Below are positions 12,534-24,986 of a stretch of 64,000 bases of DNA, one piece after another. Source of the stretch: Fistulifera solaris (Eukaryota); assembly GCA_030295235.1 (NCBI GenBank), contig AP026144.1, positions 434,001 through 498,000 of the forward strand, given 5' to 3'. The notes beneath the pieces were generated by a model. The model ran no database searches, had not been told where the DNA came from, and was given only the letters and a program-made list of their open reading frames with translations. Positions within the stretch are counted from its first letter, which is position 1, and the number at the start of each line of letters is the position of its first letter. The translations under genes were made by a program, and so were the position numbers.

Positions 12534-14558
12534 ATGACGAGGAAACATCGAAATGTTATTCGAACCACACAATACGGAGTGTTGTTAAAAAAGATGCGTC
12601 CCCAAGAAGAGCAACAACAAGGAAGCATCGAATCGATTCCGTCGCCCTCATCAAATGGAGGCTTTTATTTGCGATGGAGTCGGATTCAAAAGACGGTCAC
12701 CGTCAAAGACACGGCCACGGGCTTGTCGGGTCGCGCATCGATCGGGGGAACGAAAGCGCCCGAAACGACTTCGAAAAAGACCATTCTTAACAATTGCTCC
12801 GGGTCGGCCGCTCCTGGTCAAGTTCTCGCAATTATGGGTCCATCTGGAGCCGGAAAGACGTCGTTAATGAATGTACTGGCCGGTCGAGGCACTTATCAAG
12901 GAGGAAGTCTCACCATCAACGGCCATCTGATGACGAAACGGAGATTCAAAAGTATTGCTTACGTCAAACAGGCGGATATCTTTTTGAACATCTCACTGTA
13001 GCGGATCAATTGTCGTATACAGCCATGTTGCGACTCCCCGAGAGCATGACGAAAGCCGAGAAGAATCAACAAGTGACCGCCATTCTACACGCGTTACGAC
13101 TCACGAAAGTACAGCACTCTCCGATCCTGTTGTGTAGTGGAGGAGAAAAGAAACGTGTGAATATCGGAACGGAATTAGTGACGAATCCTTCTATTCTCTT
13201 GTTGGATGAGCCGACGTCGGGATTGGTACGTTTGGCAGCCAGATCTGACTGGATTCCTACAATTGAATGATGTCTCAGATGCTTGCAATGTTTTTCACTG
13301 TACCTGGTATCCAGGATTCAAGCAGCGCCGTCTCATTACTTCAGCTACTGCAGAGTCTTTCGCGTGAAGCAAATCGAACCATTGTCACGAGTATTCATCA
13401 ACCTTCTTCGGCTGTCTTTCGTTCCTTTGACCGTCTCTTGATGATGTCGGATGGAAAAGTGGTCTATTTTGGTTCACCAGTCGAATCACTTGATTATTTG
13501 AGTCGCTTGGATTTGACTTGTCCGCCAGGATACAATGCCGCGGATCATTGGATGGACCTATTGGTTGCCCCCGTCGATGGTAGTGAGGACTTGGCCAAAT
13601 ACAAATTGCAAGATGCGTGGGATGGGGAAGCGCTCGCCTTGGAAATGGATGCAGCGTTTATGGACGGTGATGATGTCTCCGTCAGCACGGAAGTTCATAC
13701 TCCCAAGTACAACACCTCGTGGCTTACACAATATATCGTACTCACGCACCGTGCTATGAAAAACAGTCGAAGTGCTATTTTTACGCCACTCAATTTGATC
13801 AAATCATTAGCACTCGGTATTGTGGCGGGCTTGTTGTACTTTCAGCTCGATTATGTGGAAGAAAACATCAACAACATTCGAAGTTACTACTTTTCACAAT
13901 GACCTTTTGGGTATTTGATTCCATGTTTGGTGCCTTAATGGCCTTTCCGGTCGAACGCGCCATCGTGACACAAGAGAGAGCCGCTTCGTCGTATCATTTG
14001 AGTGCCTATTTCATGGCCAAAACTACGGCAGATGCTCCCGTGCGGATATGCTTACCGCTTCTGTACATGACGGTCTCATACTGGATGATGGCGATCCGCA
14101 ACGAATTTGTTACCTTTGTTGCCTCAATTGGATGTACACTCCTGTCCGTCATGGCGGGAGAGGCGTTTGGGTTGCTGGTGGGTGCTTCCATTCTCGATTT
14201 GCAACATGCCATCACGACTATGACTGTGAGCATGTTGTTTCTCATGTTGCTGGGAGGATTCTTCGTCGAAAACATACCTTCTTTTGTGGAATGGGCCAAA
14301 TACTTGTCGCCTTTCAAGTACGCTTTCGATTCTTCGTTGCAGCTAGTCGTGGACCGCGATCTTCCGTGCGACGGCAGTGGAGTATTGGACGAGCTGTGCA
14401 ATGAAGATGGATATGCGCCCGTTGATGAAGTGTTGGACTTCATCGGTGTACAGGGGAGTCTTGGCTTTAATGTGGGTATGCTCGTCGTCTTGATCATTTG
14501 CTGTCGATTCCTTGCTTATTTGGGATTGCGAATGACAAAGACTGCTGATAGAGCTTGA
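12534..14558 (+). CDS. ABCG half-size transporter (NBD-TMD)
   Basis: Walker A GPSGAGKTS, signature [24 protein letters not shown] across intron 13226-13314, SIHQPS and six TM helices. Frameshifts at T5 12981-12985 and T4 13891-13894. The start may be ATG 12594. Confidence 0.93.
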
Positions 14559-14892
14559 AGTTATTGAACATATTACTGAATAGCAAATTGTAGAAAAACG
14601 CATTGATGAATAGATTGTTTCTTGACCATAATACAAATGGAAGTAATGCAATATTATAAGTTTCGATTTTACAGCATCGGACATCGCTTCGCTCCGTGTT
14701 TTATGTCCACATGCGAGGCGAGACACTCTCGCCATGTCATTGCTCAACTCTTGTTACAATTCCTACCAAATATGTTCGCCCGACAGGCAGCCCAAAAGAA
14801 TTCTAGATGAAAAGCAGCTCGACAAAAGGGCAAAATCGAGTTCTGCATCGGATCGTTTTTTCTCTTTTTTAATCGTAAATTACCTAAATTAT

Positions 14893-17800
14893 TTAATGAT
14901 CATTACGTCCTTGTTTCAACTCTTCAGCCTCGGCTGCATGCATGTTAAAAACTTGCTCAAGACTAGTCTGACTGACACCATAATCAGACAGACGAAGATT
15001 CTCCTTTTCAGTTTCAATGCTGGCGAAGAGCTCCGAGATGCGCACGCCTTTCGAGCTGACTTCGTATCTGGCCTTGGTATCCTGGCGTTCACGCAAAACG
15101 TAGCTGGGGTAGTTGCCCTTCACGAAGTCTTCAACTTTCTTCATTCGGAGTTCGACAGTTGCGAAGGCGGCAAGAGTGTCCAAAGCCACACCAAAACCAG
15201 AAGTCGCATCTTTCCAGACTGCATACCCATTGGCGTTTTCCTCGTTGACCATGTCAGCCAAAAAGTTATCCTGGGTCAATGATCGGAGAGCAGATCGCGC
15301 CTCGTCTAAACTGTAAAGAACCTCGTGGGGGTTCTCGATTGATGCGTTCTTCACCTTGGCCAAAGACGTTGCGTAGGCAACATAATCGTCGTCCTCAGTA
15401 GCAACAATCTTTACTTTTAATTCCACCTGGTAGCCTTGTCCGAATTTGTTCTTGAGATGCTGAGCAGAGCCAAGACAACGGAGTTTTCCGTTTGCCATAA
15501 TCCCAATACGAGGGCACAAAGCCTCGCACTCCTCCATGCTATGGGTGGTCAGGATGACGCTTGTACGCTCGTTCGCCGGGACATTCGGTCCGCTAACCAT
15601 GTCACTCACGAGCTGCCAAATTTCTCGTCGAGCAACTGGATCAACACCCGTGGAGCACTCATCAAGGAACACAATCTGAGGCTGCCCAATGGTCGCGCAA
15701 GCAAGACTGAGTCGTCGTTTCATACCGCCACTGTATCCCGCACTTAATCTGTCGCTATCCTTTTCGCTTAAGCCCACCTCCCTCAACTTGGCAGCAGCTG
15801 CTTCTTTTACAAGAGCCTTGGGGACCCCCCTTGATGGAAGCATATAGTTCAACATGCTCGCGACCAGTCAAGTTCGCGAAATGGGCATCGAATTGAGGGC
15901 AGTATCCGATACGGCGGCGGGTTTTTTGCGGTTCTCTGGATACACTAAAGCCCGCCAAGGTTGCATCACCTGATGTGGGAGGAAACTCAGCTGTCAGCAT
16001 GCCCATAGTAGTCGTCTTACCCGCGCCGTTCACGCCTGCCGTGATTTATTAGGGATAGTTTTGAAAGTCAAGGTTAAGAAACGTTTAGGCTGTATCATCA
16101 TAGGCACTTCCAACAAAAAGAGCTTACCCAGAAGTCCAAAGCATTCTCCGGCTGGAATACCAAGAGACATATTGTCAACTGCTTTCTTGCCCGTATCGTA
16201 GGTTTTGGTTAGTTGGCTAATTACAATAAGGTCATCATTTGCTTCACCTCTTAGAACTCGATCTTGTTCCTCAATAACATCCGAATCATCAGGAAGGGTC
16301 TTTCCATCAGCTACATTTCCGCCCCCACAACAACAACGACAGAGCAGAGTTGCAATCACAGTGTTCCAAACTGACATGATTGCCGGATTACTCGACCAAA
16401 TATCGAGACAAATCGCCAACGCTAGATACACCACGGATTGAATGGCAAGAAATAAAACTTCCAGTCCCAAGATAGGCTCACTAAACGCATTGAGGTTTGA
16501 ATCCCCCTCCCAGTATCGAAAGGACTCGATATTGATGACATTGAACAATCCTTTTCCCAAACAAAAATAAGGATTCCAGCGCAAACACCAAGTCACGACG
16601 GACGCAATATCGACCAGCTTAGCATTGGGATCTGTTCGATCTTCACCAATGATCTGCAAAATAAAAATAGCTAAAGGACCACCCATACCTAGGGTCACGA
16701 ATTAAGAAGGTGAGAACTCGACAAGTTTTTTACGCTTGATCAAACAGACGACGAAAGCTTACCAATTAAAAAGCCACTGATCATCAAGAAGATGAAGCAC
16801 AAACTAGGACTTTTAAAGGCAAATGATACGCAGTATGCAAAAGCCGCGCTTGCAGGTCCAAACAAAAGAGCAACGTCAAGACACCGCCGAAAACATTGGC
16901 GGTTCTGGTTGTGAGAACGCCGACATCAAAGGCTAACATAAGTATCACTGTTATCCAAAGGGGGAATTTGATAGTTCATCACATCCCAAAGGAAAGTCGA
17001 TAACCAATACGCGCTAGGTTCAACACCGGCAACGGTCTGAAGATGCTTTGCCTTAGATTCTCGCTCCGCCACAACAAACGAGGCAAAGGCACCGCCAATA
17101 AATGGGAAACTGAGAACCACCAGGAACCATGCATTAAAAGCGTCTTCTGCTTCGCCAAAGCTCTCCTCATTCTTGGTAATTGGCAATGGAGCGATCGTGC
17201 ACTCGACATTAAAGTTGGTATTACCCAGAGCTTCGCGAACAAGTGCTTCATCAGCAAGAGCTTGGTAAAGTGGTGCCACGTGAAGTGCTGTGAAGTTGTA
17301 CTGAATCACGTAGCCAATTCCGCCGAAATCCAGACAATCGTCGGCACTTGTGTAGTTTAGTTCAGGAGCCAAACCAATACAAGCATTGGAAGCGGCCTGT
17401 TCGAAAGAAGACGAGTCCTCGAGAGTACTAAACTGATCCTTGGTAAAGAAAATAGCACCGTATTGAGTCGCTGCACTACCACCAACCCCCATAGAGGTAG
17501 AAAGAGCGCTAGATGATTCGCCTACGTCTTCGACTGCGAGATCAACACCTTCTGCCCCCGCATCATCGATCTGTGAAATGACAGCACTCGACACTGTAAT
17601 TGAACATTTCTCTGATCCAGCAAGCCGTCCTTGACCGCCGCAGAAAAAGTACGATTCGTTCGTTGTTTCGCTCTCTATCTTCTCCTCTGGATAAAAGCAG
17701 CTTCCAGGCTGACAAATAAAGGGATTTTCTGGACTATTGAAGGGAATTGGATTCCTTAGCTCACTGATGTCCATATTGTAGTCATTTAAATCTAGGACAA

Positions 17801-20800
17801 GACTGTCCAAGTTTCGATCCAACGCGACAAACTTAAAAAGCCTGCGGATGAAAAATCAGCTCACATGAAGCAAAGAGTACCTATTCAGCGTAGGAAAGAC
17901 TTACAAAAAGCCAACGAAAACGAACAAACTTGGTAAAGGGTAGTGCAACACCAAGCCTTCTTGTCGCGACGAAAGAATGCAGCCCTCTTCTTCAACAAAG
18001 CCCCTATGTGCCGAAAGAAGAGACCCTCGTTCTCCAAGTCCATTCTGGATCTTGCACTCTTGGTGCCTTCATCAGTTAAAGTTACACCATCCATGTGCTT
18101 CGACGATGCAAACTCCTTCTTTTCTCCAGTTCCTTCGCCTCGAGCAACCAACAAAAATACTTCATCTAGCGTCGTGATACCGACCCCGTAAGATGTCAAC
18201 GATCCCCTTTCTATTTCTTCGTCGAGTGCTTTGAACATTGGCCCGAATTGGGATGCCGCTCCGATGGGCAATTGATATGACAACTCAGAACCGACGTTAG
18301 TCAGAAGATTGGCATCCGAAACATTACTCTCAACAAGGTTCATCAATTTTTCGTCGTGTTCCCCCAAACCGACCAGATCCGGAGTAGAGTTCACCTTGCT
18401 CGATTTCACCTTTTCAATCGTTAGTTGATATCCTACACCAAAAGTCTTCTTGAGGAAAAGTGAACTGCCGGCACAGCGAAGCTGGCCCTCGGCCATGATA
18501 GCAATTCGATCTCCCAAAATGTCTGCTTCGTCCTGTGGAATTGACGGTATTCATTAGTAACATACGACGAGAAGACGATATATATGCACGCTAATGAAGC
18601 TCTTACCATGAAATGTGTTGTCAGAATAATACAGCGGTCACGACGATATTGGCGAATTACGTTCCAAGTGAATCTTCTTGAAAAAGGGTCCTGTAAAAAC
18701 GAAATGATAGGATTAGCGACAAGTAGAATGTCAACAGTGACCGGAGCAGTGTCAAGACTTGCCATTCCACTAGTGGGTTCGTCCAGGAGCACAACTTTAC
18801 TGCCTCCACAAAACGCCATCGCCACACTCAATTTCCTCTTCATACCGCCACTTAGGTTCTTCGAAAGTGTGTTTCTCTTATCAAACAAAGCAACGTCCCG
18901 AATAGCTTGATCAATGTGATTTTCAGCTTCTTCTTTGGTTGATGTGCTGTATAGACCTTTCAACCGCGAGAAAAATTGTACATGCTCTCGAACAGTAAGC
19001 TCAGGAAAAAGACAGTCGTGCTGCAAGCAGATACCGATATCCTGTCGAATGGCCAACATGTCGGAACGAATGTCTTTTCCAGCAATGATAGCATGCCCCG
19101 ATGTAGGTGATAGTGCCCCTGTGAGCATGCTGATAGTGGTGGTTTTTCCAGCACCTACCAAGTCACAATGTTAGAGCTTTCAAAAGTCAAAGAAAGTACG
19201 CGATGAAACGTGCTGTCCAATCTTACCATTGTGTCCAAGTAAGGCTGTGATCTGACCACTGTACATGGTCAAGTTCAGACCGTCGACAGCCACTTTATCG
19301 TCAAACTTCTTCACCAGGTTCTTGATCTCTATACTCTGCCCTTCTACTGACTGACGCTTTAATGCTTCACCGACCGGCTCAAGAGGTACATGCTCGCTAG
19401 CTGCATTCCCGTTGGCCTCTTCGCTTTCATGATGCGCCGACTTCCTACCAGGGCACCAATACGATGATGTGAACGGGAAATACAAGGGTTGTGCCTGTCC
19501 ATAGTCCGGACGGATAACACGGTTCAGATACCATGAGAGGATCCCCCAAATGATAACATCCGCAAACAAAGAGTTTAAGGCTTGACGAAAATTGTAACCC
19601 GACTCCAACTCACTGAAATCGATTGAGTTGCTGGAGATACCGATTCCTAAATCCTCAAGGCGGCCGATCTCTTGCAAGCCGAACGATAAAGCCACGACCG
19701 GGTGCAACCCAACGAGACTCAACACTGAACCACTGCTTGTCGTATAATCGACCGAAATAGAGATGAAGTACCCCGCGAGAAAGAGAAGAACCCCGATAAG
19801 AACCGCCCTCGTTGTCTTTGAAGTAACAGCCGCAAGTCCCATGCAAAAGGTTGTAATAGCTGTAAACGTGTATAACCAGAAAATCCACATGAAGGAATTA
19901 TCCGAGTTCTCGTAGACTTGGTTAGCAACCATCGCTGTCAACGTAGCAGAAATGATGTTGAAAACGAAGAACGACGAGAACCAGGACCACCCGATGTCCG
20001 ACTCAGCAACACTCATCATCTTCATTAGCTCCTTCTGTCGCAACTCCTTCTCCTTGACAATGTAGCTAATCATACTTGACACAGGGTACAGCATACCGAG
20101 CACAATTAGAAGAGGAGCAAAGGCTGGAACCAAGTCATCAGATACCGCAAAAAGGTTGGAAAAAGTACTTGCGAGTATCTACTTACCAGCAATCGCGCCA
20201 TAGAATCCTTCTTCCTCATATTCTCTCGTCGGAAACGGTACATACTGCACACCCGACTTTGAGATTTTGTAGCCTGCTGCTGCTGCACCCGTCTGATCCA
20301 AGATAAAGTCTCCCACCAATCGTTGAAAGGTAAGCACTCCATTGTACGCGTACTGTCCTGTGCACGAGTTGCCTTTTCTCTCCTTGCTCGGCAGCTCCAT
20401 CCAACGGAACACAAGGCTCATCGTCCGTCTTCGCAAACGAAGCAAACTTGGTGGTAGTGTCAGGCGTCGTGGCTACCGCAGGACGACCTTCGGCAGTGGG
20501 GTTGTTAAAGTTCGTCGAATTTTGGCGAAGCTGGTAACGATAGTTGTCTGGGTCATTTCCTTCAAACACTATGCCCATTGCTAACTTGGGAAAGCCAGTT
20601 TTGCCGTATTCGGGCGATTTCACATACTCATCCATAGCCAAGGTACTGTTGAAGAGTTGTATCAACTCAAACGGCACCGGAATCGCTTCCGTGTCGGTCA
20701 AGACAGGGTAACGTCCCAAGATGTAATCTTTCATCAACGACGCTCGCGCAAGGCCACCCTCATCGGTTCCAGAAAGGGCTACAATAGCAAACTCACAATA

Positions 20801-21356
20801 TTGCAAGCCATCTTCTCCGTCAGACTTGCAGTTTCTGTTTCATAAAGTTGAGTGAGGTTCTTCCGATATCAAAGATGCTGGAAGTATTAAAACAACGAAC
20901 AAGAGAACTACATACCGAGGATCGCATTTTACCATCGGCACTTGCCAACTGTATGCTTGCATCGGCATACCTGTAATGTCGAAGTACTCATAGTTAATGT
21001 TGGTGGAAGGATCCGTCACACTTTGGCCTTCACAAACACGCTTGGCTTGAAGGGCCGTCACGTAGTCGTCAAAAGTGAACGGCGTGAAAACATCCTCATT
21101 CGCCGGAAAGAAAGCAGGGACCGTTTCCGGCATAAAGTTACTCGTGCCCTCTACAGCGCTTTTGATACCCAATAGAACACCGACAAATCCCATGGGGAGT
21201 GCCAGTTCAAGCAGCTAAAGATCGAACGATGAGATGGTCGGATGGATATTCTCACAACAGCGACCTCGCAAGAAAACGTACCGTCGCCAGCCAATGTCGC
21301 TTGCGGTAAACCAGGTTGCGCCGCATGAGGGCGAACCAAGCGCGAGAGAAAATCAT
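14893..21356 (-). CDS. ABCA full-size lipid transporter, paralogue 1 (multi-exon)
   Basis: Two NBDs ([52 protein letters not shown]), EKE and ERE motifs, large exocytoplasmic domains. GT-AG introns include 21215-21281, 20835-20915, 17842-17904 and 16689-16762. Several homopolymer frameshifts, e.g. C6 15825-15830. Confidence 0.93.
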
Positions 21357-21932
21357 GACAGTGTTTTATCACTTGTCCTAAAAAGGTGAGCGTTCAGTGA
21401 CGATTCGTTGCGGATACAATGGTGCGGTGCGAACGATGTTTTTTTATGATGTTATCTTTTCAAAAGACTGCCCGAAGTACGAATCAAAAGCATCGACAAA
21501 AGATCGCTCCACCGCGTTGCAAATGACGATGAAGTAGATCACGGAATTCCTGTGTGTTCCAGGTTCCCAGTTCCAACGATAAATGACGTAGTGCTACAGT
21601 CTGGTCAATAGACCTCCACTTTCCGCGCGTATGTGTATTTTGCAACCTCATTCTGACTCACTGAATGTAGATGACCATATTCATAAGTAAAAACGCTGCA
21701 AGCCGGAAACGGGCGCGTTCAACATAGACAAACGTCCTATCGAACCAATGCAGGCAGCATTTACACTTTAGTAGACTACAAACTACAAGCTCTAGAGGCA
21801 CCCAATTCAATCTCACAATAAAGGATTTGGAGTTGGTGGTCGGATCTAGTCCGGACCCCGCAACACGTCGAACAGTAACGCCGGTCGACAAGATACAAAT
21901 GACTTCTCGAAGGCCACATCCATTTCCGCGCA

Positions 21933-24476
21933 TCATCGCGGGAAGAACATACCCACAAATGCGTTCCCGAAACCCCGGAATGCACTCAACACCTGACCAT
22001 TCATTATGGCTATTAAAGCGTCCAAAAGATTGAACGTGAAATTACCTCGACTGAAGGCGACAAGAACACGAAGCGGCAAATTTTCAACGTTCTTGCGCAC
22101 CATGAGTAGCTGGCGATTTCTCGAAGGACCTTGCGTGATATCTTTGGATGCCTCTCGGTACACAACCTCTAGCAATATCCATCCAATAATACTCTTGAGA
22201 GATGTCTCTTTCAAAAGCGAGTTCCGATGGAAATAAGATTCAAAAATTTCAGGAGGCGGAAGGCAAGAAAGCAACAGTCTTTTAGCAAAAGTCAGGTCGT
22301 CCATAGGACATACCGCGGCGACAGATTCTGGCGGATAAGATTGTTGTGCTTGGCTGCTCGCCTGCAACACTCCATTCGCTAAAGTGACCTGTCCTCTCAA
22401 GCGAATGTCTCGACTGCTGGCACCGATCTGAATTTCGAAAACCCCATTCTCTATTACCCAACCAGAAACACCGATATCATAGAACGAAAATGCATCTGCG
22501 GTCAATATCATTTTGATTTCTTTTTGTTCACCAGGAGTTAGACCGACTTTAACGAAGTCCCGCAGCTCGTGGATTGGTCGATAGACTGTAGAGTCAATAT
22601 CCGACACGTAGCATTGCGCGACTTCTTTCCCAGCCATGAGACCCATATTTGTCAGCCGAAATGAAACCTCAATCATCACAAAGCGGTCGTCTCCGTTGAT
22701 CCCCCCCGGAATCGTTGAGGACCCGCAGTCGGAGATCTGAATACTCGAAAGTTGTGTAGGAAAGACCGTGACCAAACGGATACAGAACAGGTTTCTGCGC
22801 CGTATCGAAATATCTGTATCCAACGTTAAGGCCCTCTCGATATTCCACGGTAAACTTTGTTCCAGGAAAAAATCTATCACAAGGGATGTCAGAAGCGCTT
22901 ACGGGGAACGTTTCCGTTAATTTTCCACTAGGGCAATCTTCACCAAAAATAAGATCAACGAAAGCTTTACCACCGGCCTCTCCCAACAGGTACCCCCTCC
23001 ATGATAGCTTGTACTTTATTGTACCATGGTAATTCGAGAGCTCCGCCATTGCTTAGGAGAACAATCACTTTCGAGCTAACTTTGCAACATGCTTCGACTA
23101 GCGCATTATGTTGAGCAGGAAGTTGCAGGTGCGTTCTATCAAAACCCTCGGACTCCATTATTTCTGGTAGGCCTATGCACAGTAATACTATTGAAGCATT
23201 TTTGGCAACTTCAATGGCATCGGACAAGAATTCTTCGTGGACGTCTTCCGGATGATCGTCATCCGCTTCGTAGCCCTTGGCAAAATCGACATTCTTAGTA
23301 AACTTTTTCAAAGCATCTAATACAGTAACAACCTTTTCGGACTGAACCGCTGAGCTCCCCATACCTTGATAGCGGGGATGTTCATTGGCGAAATCGCCTA
23401 TCACACCAATCGTCAGGCTTTCATCGCCTTTTTGGAGAGGGAAGTATATTGTTTTCGTTCCGCAATAGCACTACCGACTCTTTAGCAAGACGCAACGCCA
23501 GGTCAAAATGTTTTCTGAAGTCAATTGGATTTTCCAGCGCAGCCATGGTGTCTGACTCGTACGTTGACGGTGCATATCTTTGTATCAGATCCATTACACG
23601 TATTCCGCATTCTCTCAGGTCGCGTTCGGTGAGATCGTTGTCGGAAGACGACAACGCTCTTTTCAGGTCCCGGTTATGAACGCCATAACTTCCAGGCATC
23701 TCAAGGTCAATCGTAGCTTTAATGCCTCTTGCTCTATCATTGGTGGCGCCCCAATCAGTCATCAAAACACCATCATAGCGCCACTCGTCTCGTAGAATAG
23801 TTCTATTCAAGTAAATATTCTCACTGCAGTACACACCATTCACCTTGTTGTACGCACACATAACAGTCGAAGGATTTGCCTTCTTGATAACGTACTCAAA
23901 GTGACGAAGATAAAGCTCTCGCATGGTTCGTTCATCAACTACAGCATCGACAACAAAGCGATGTGATTCCTGATTATTGATTGCAAAATGCTTGATGCAA
24001 GCACCTACTTTCCCTGATGCTTCGACGCCTTCGACGTACGCAGCGGCCATTCTTCCAGTCAAACACGGATCTTCACTCCAATATTCAAATGACCTTCCCC
24101 CAGCAGGGTGGCGCTTCAAATTCATTCCCGGCCCGAGCAGTATTTGAATATTGTAGTGCAGACATTCTAGGGCCAGAGCTTCCCCGAGTTCTTTCGCCGC
24201 CTCTTGATTCCAGCTGCACGCCAGGGCCGATGCGGTGGGGAAACACGTCGCCGGATGCGATTCGCCGAGAGCCAATGGATTGATGGGTTTCCGAACGCCA
24301 TGTGGACCATCGGAGACCGCGATGGTCGGTAGACCGGGGAGCTTATACAACGTCCACAGCGATGCACCCGAAACGACTGAAAACTTTTGTTTTTCGTTCA
24401 ATGAATTCCATGTGCGCTCCGACACCGTTTGTTCAGCTCCTTCTTCAAGCTTCTCTAAATCGCCTGCAGAGCTCAT
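21933..24476 (-). CDS. Glycoside hydrolase family 3 beta-glucosidase with Fn3-like domain
   Basis: [43 protein letters not shown], nucleophile motif [37 protein letters not shown]. Frameshifts at ~23440, 22993-22997 and 22701-22707; no intron seen. Confidence 0.93.
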
Positions 24477-24986
24477 TGTATTCGAATACAGCAATGCTAA
24501 AAAGAAAGAAACAACTCCGACACTGCCTGAGCCAGAGAGACCATTGTGGCCGACACTCACCAAGGAACAAGAGCGCTTGGAGATAGGGATCAGGATACCG
24601 GTAGTCTGGACAAAATGCATGCAATGATTTTTCCACGAGCACATTATTTCAACATCGTAAATGGATGAGTGCATTGAAAATGCTGCAGAAGTAATTGCAT
24701 CGTAATAGAGATATGCCGAAGATATCCATGATGAACTTTTTCCCTACAAACTTGCCGAGTTATTCTGTAAATCGACAAATTTGTGGAAATAGAACGTCGA
24801 GAATATATATTGATTCATGACTAAAAATGCAGCCATGATGGAAAGTCGCATACCTTATTGCACGCATTAATGACAAATGTAGCTAGCCTAACTAATGGTA
24901 CAAACAGAGGTTTTATAGTAAACAGATAAGTGTCATTAGAGAACAGAACAAAAGGATCACATCATATAAACATTTTACGTCTCAGT

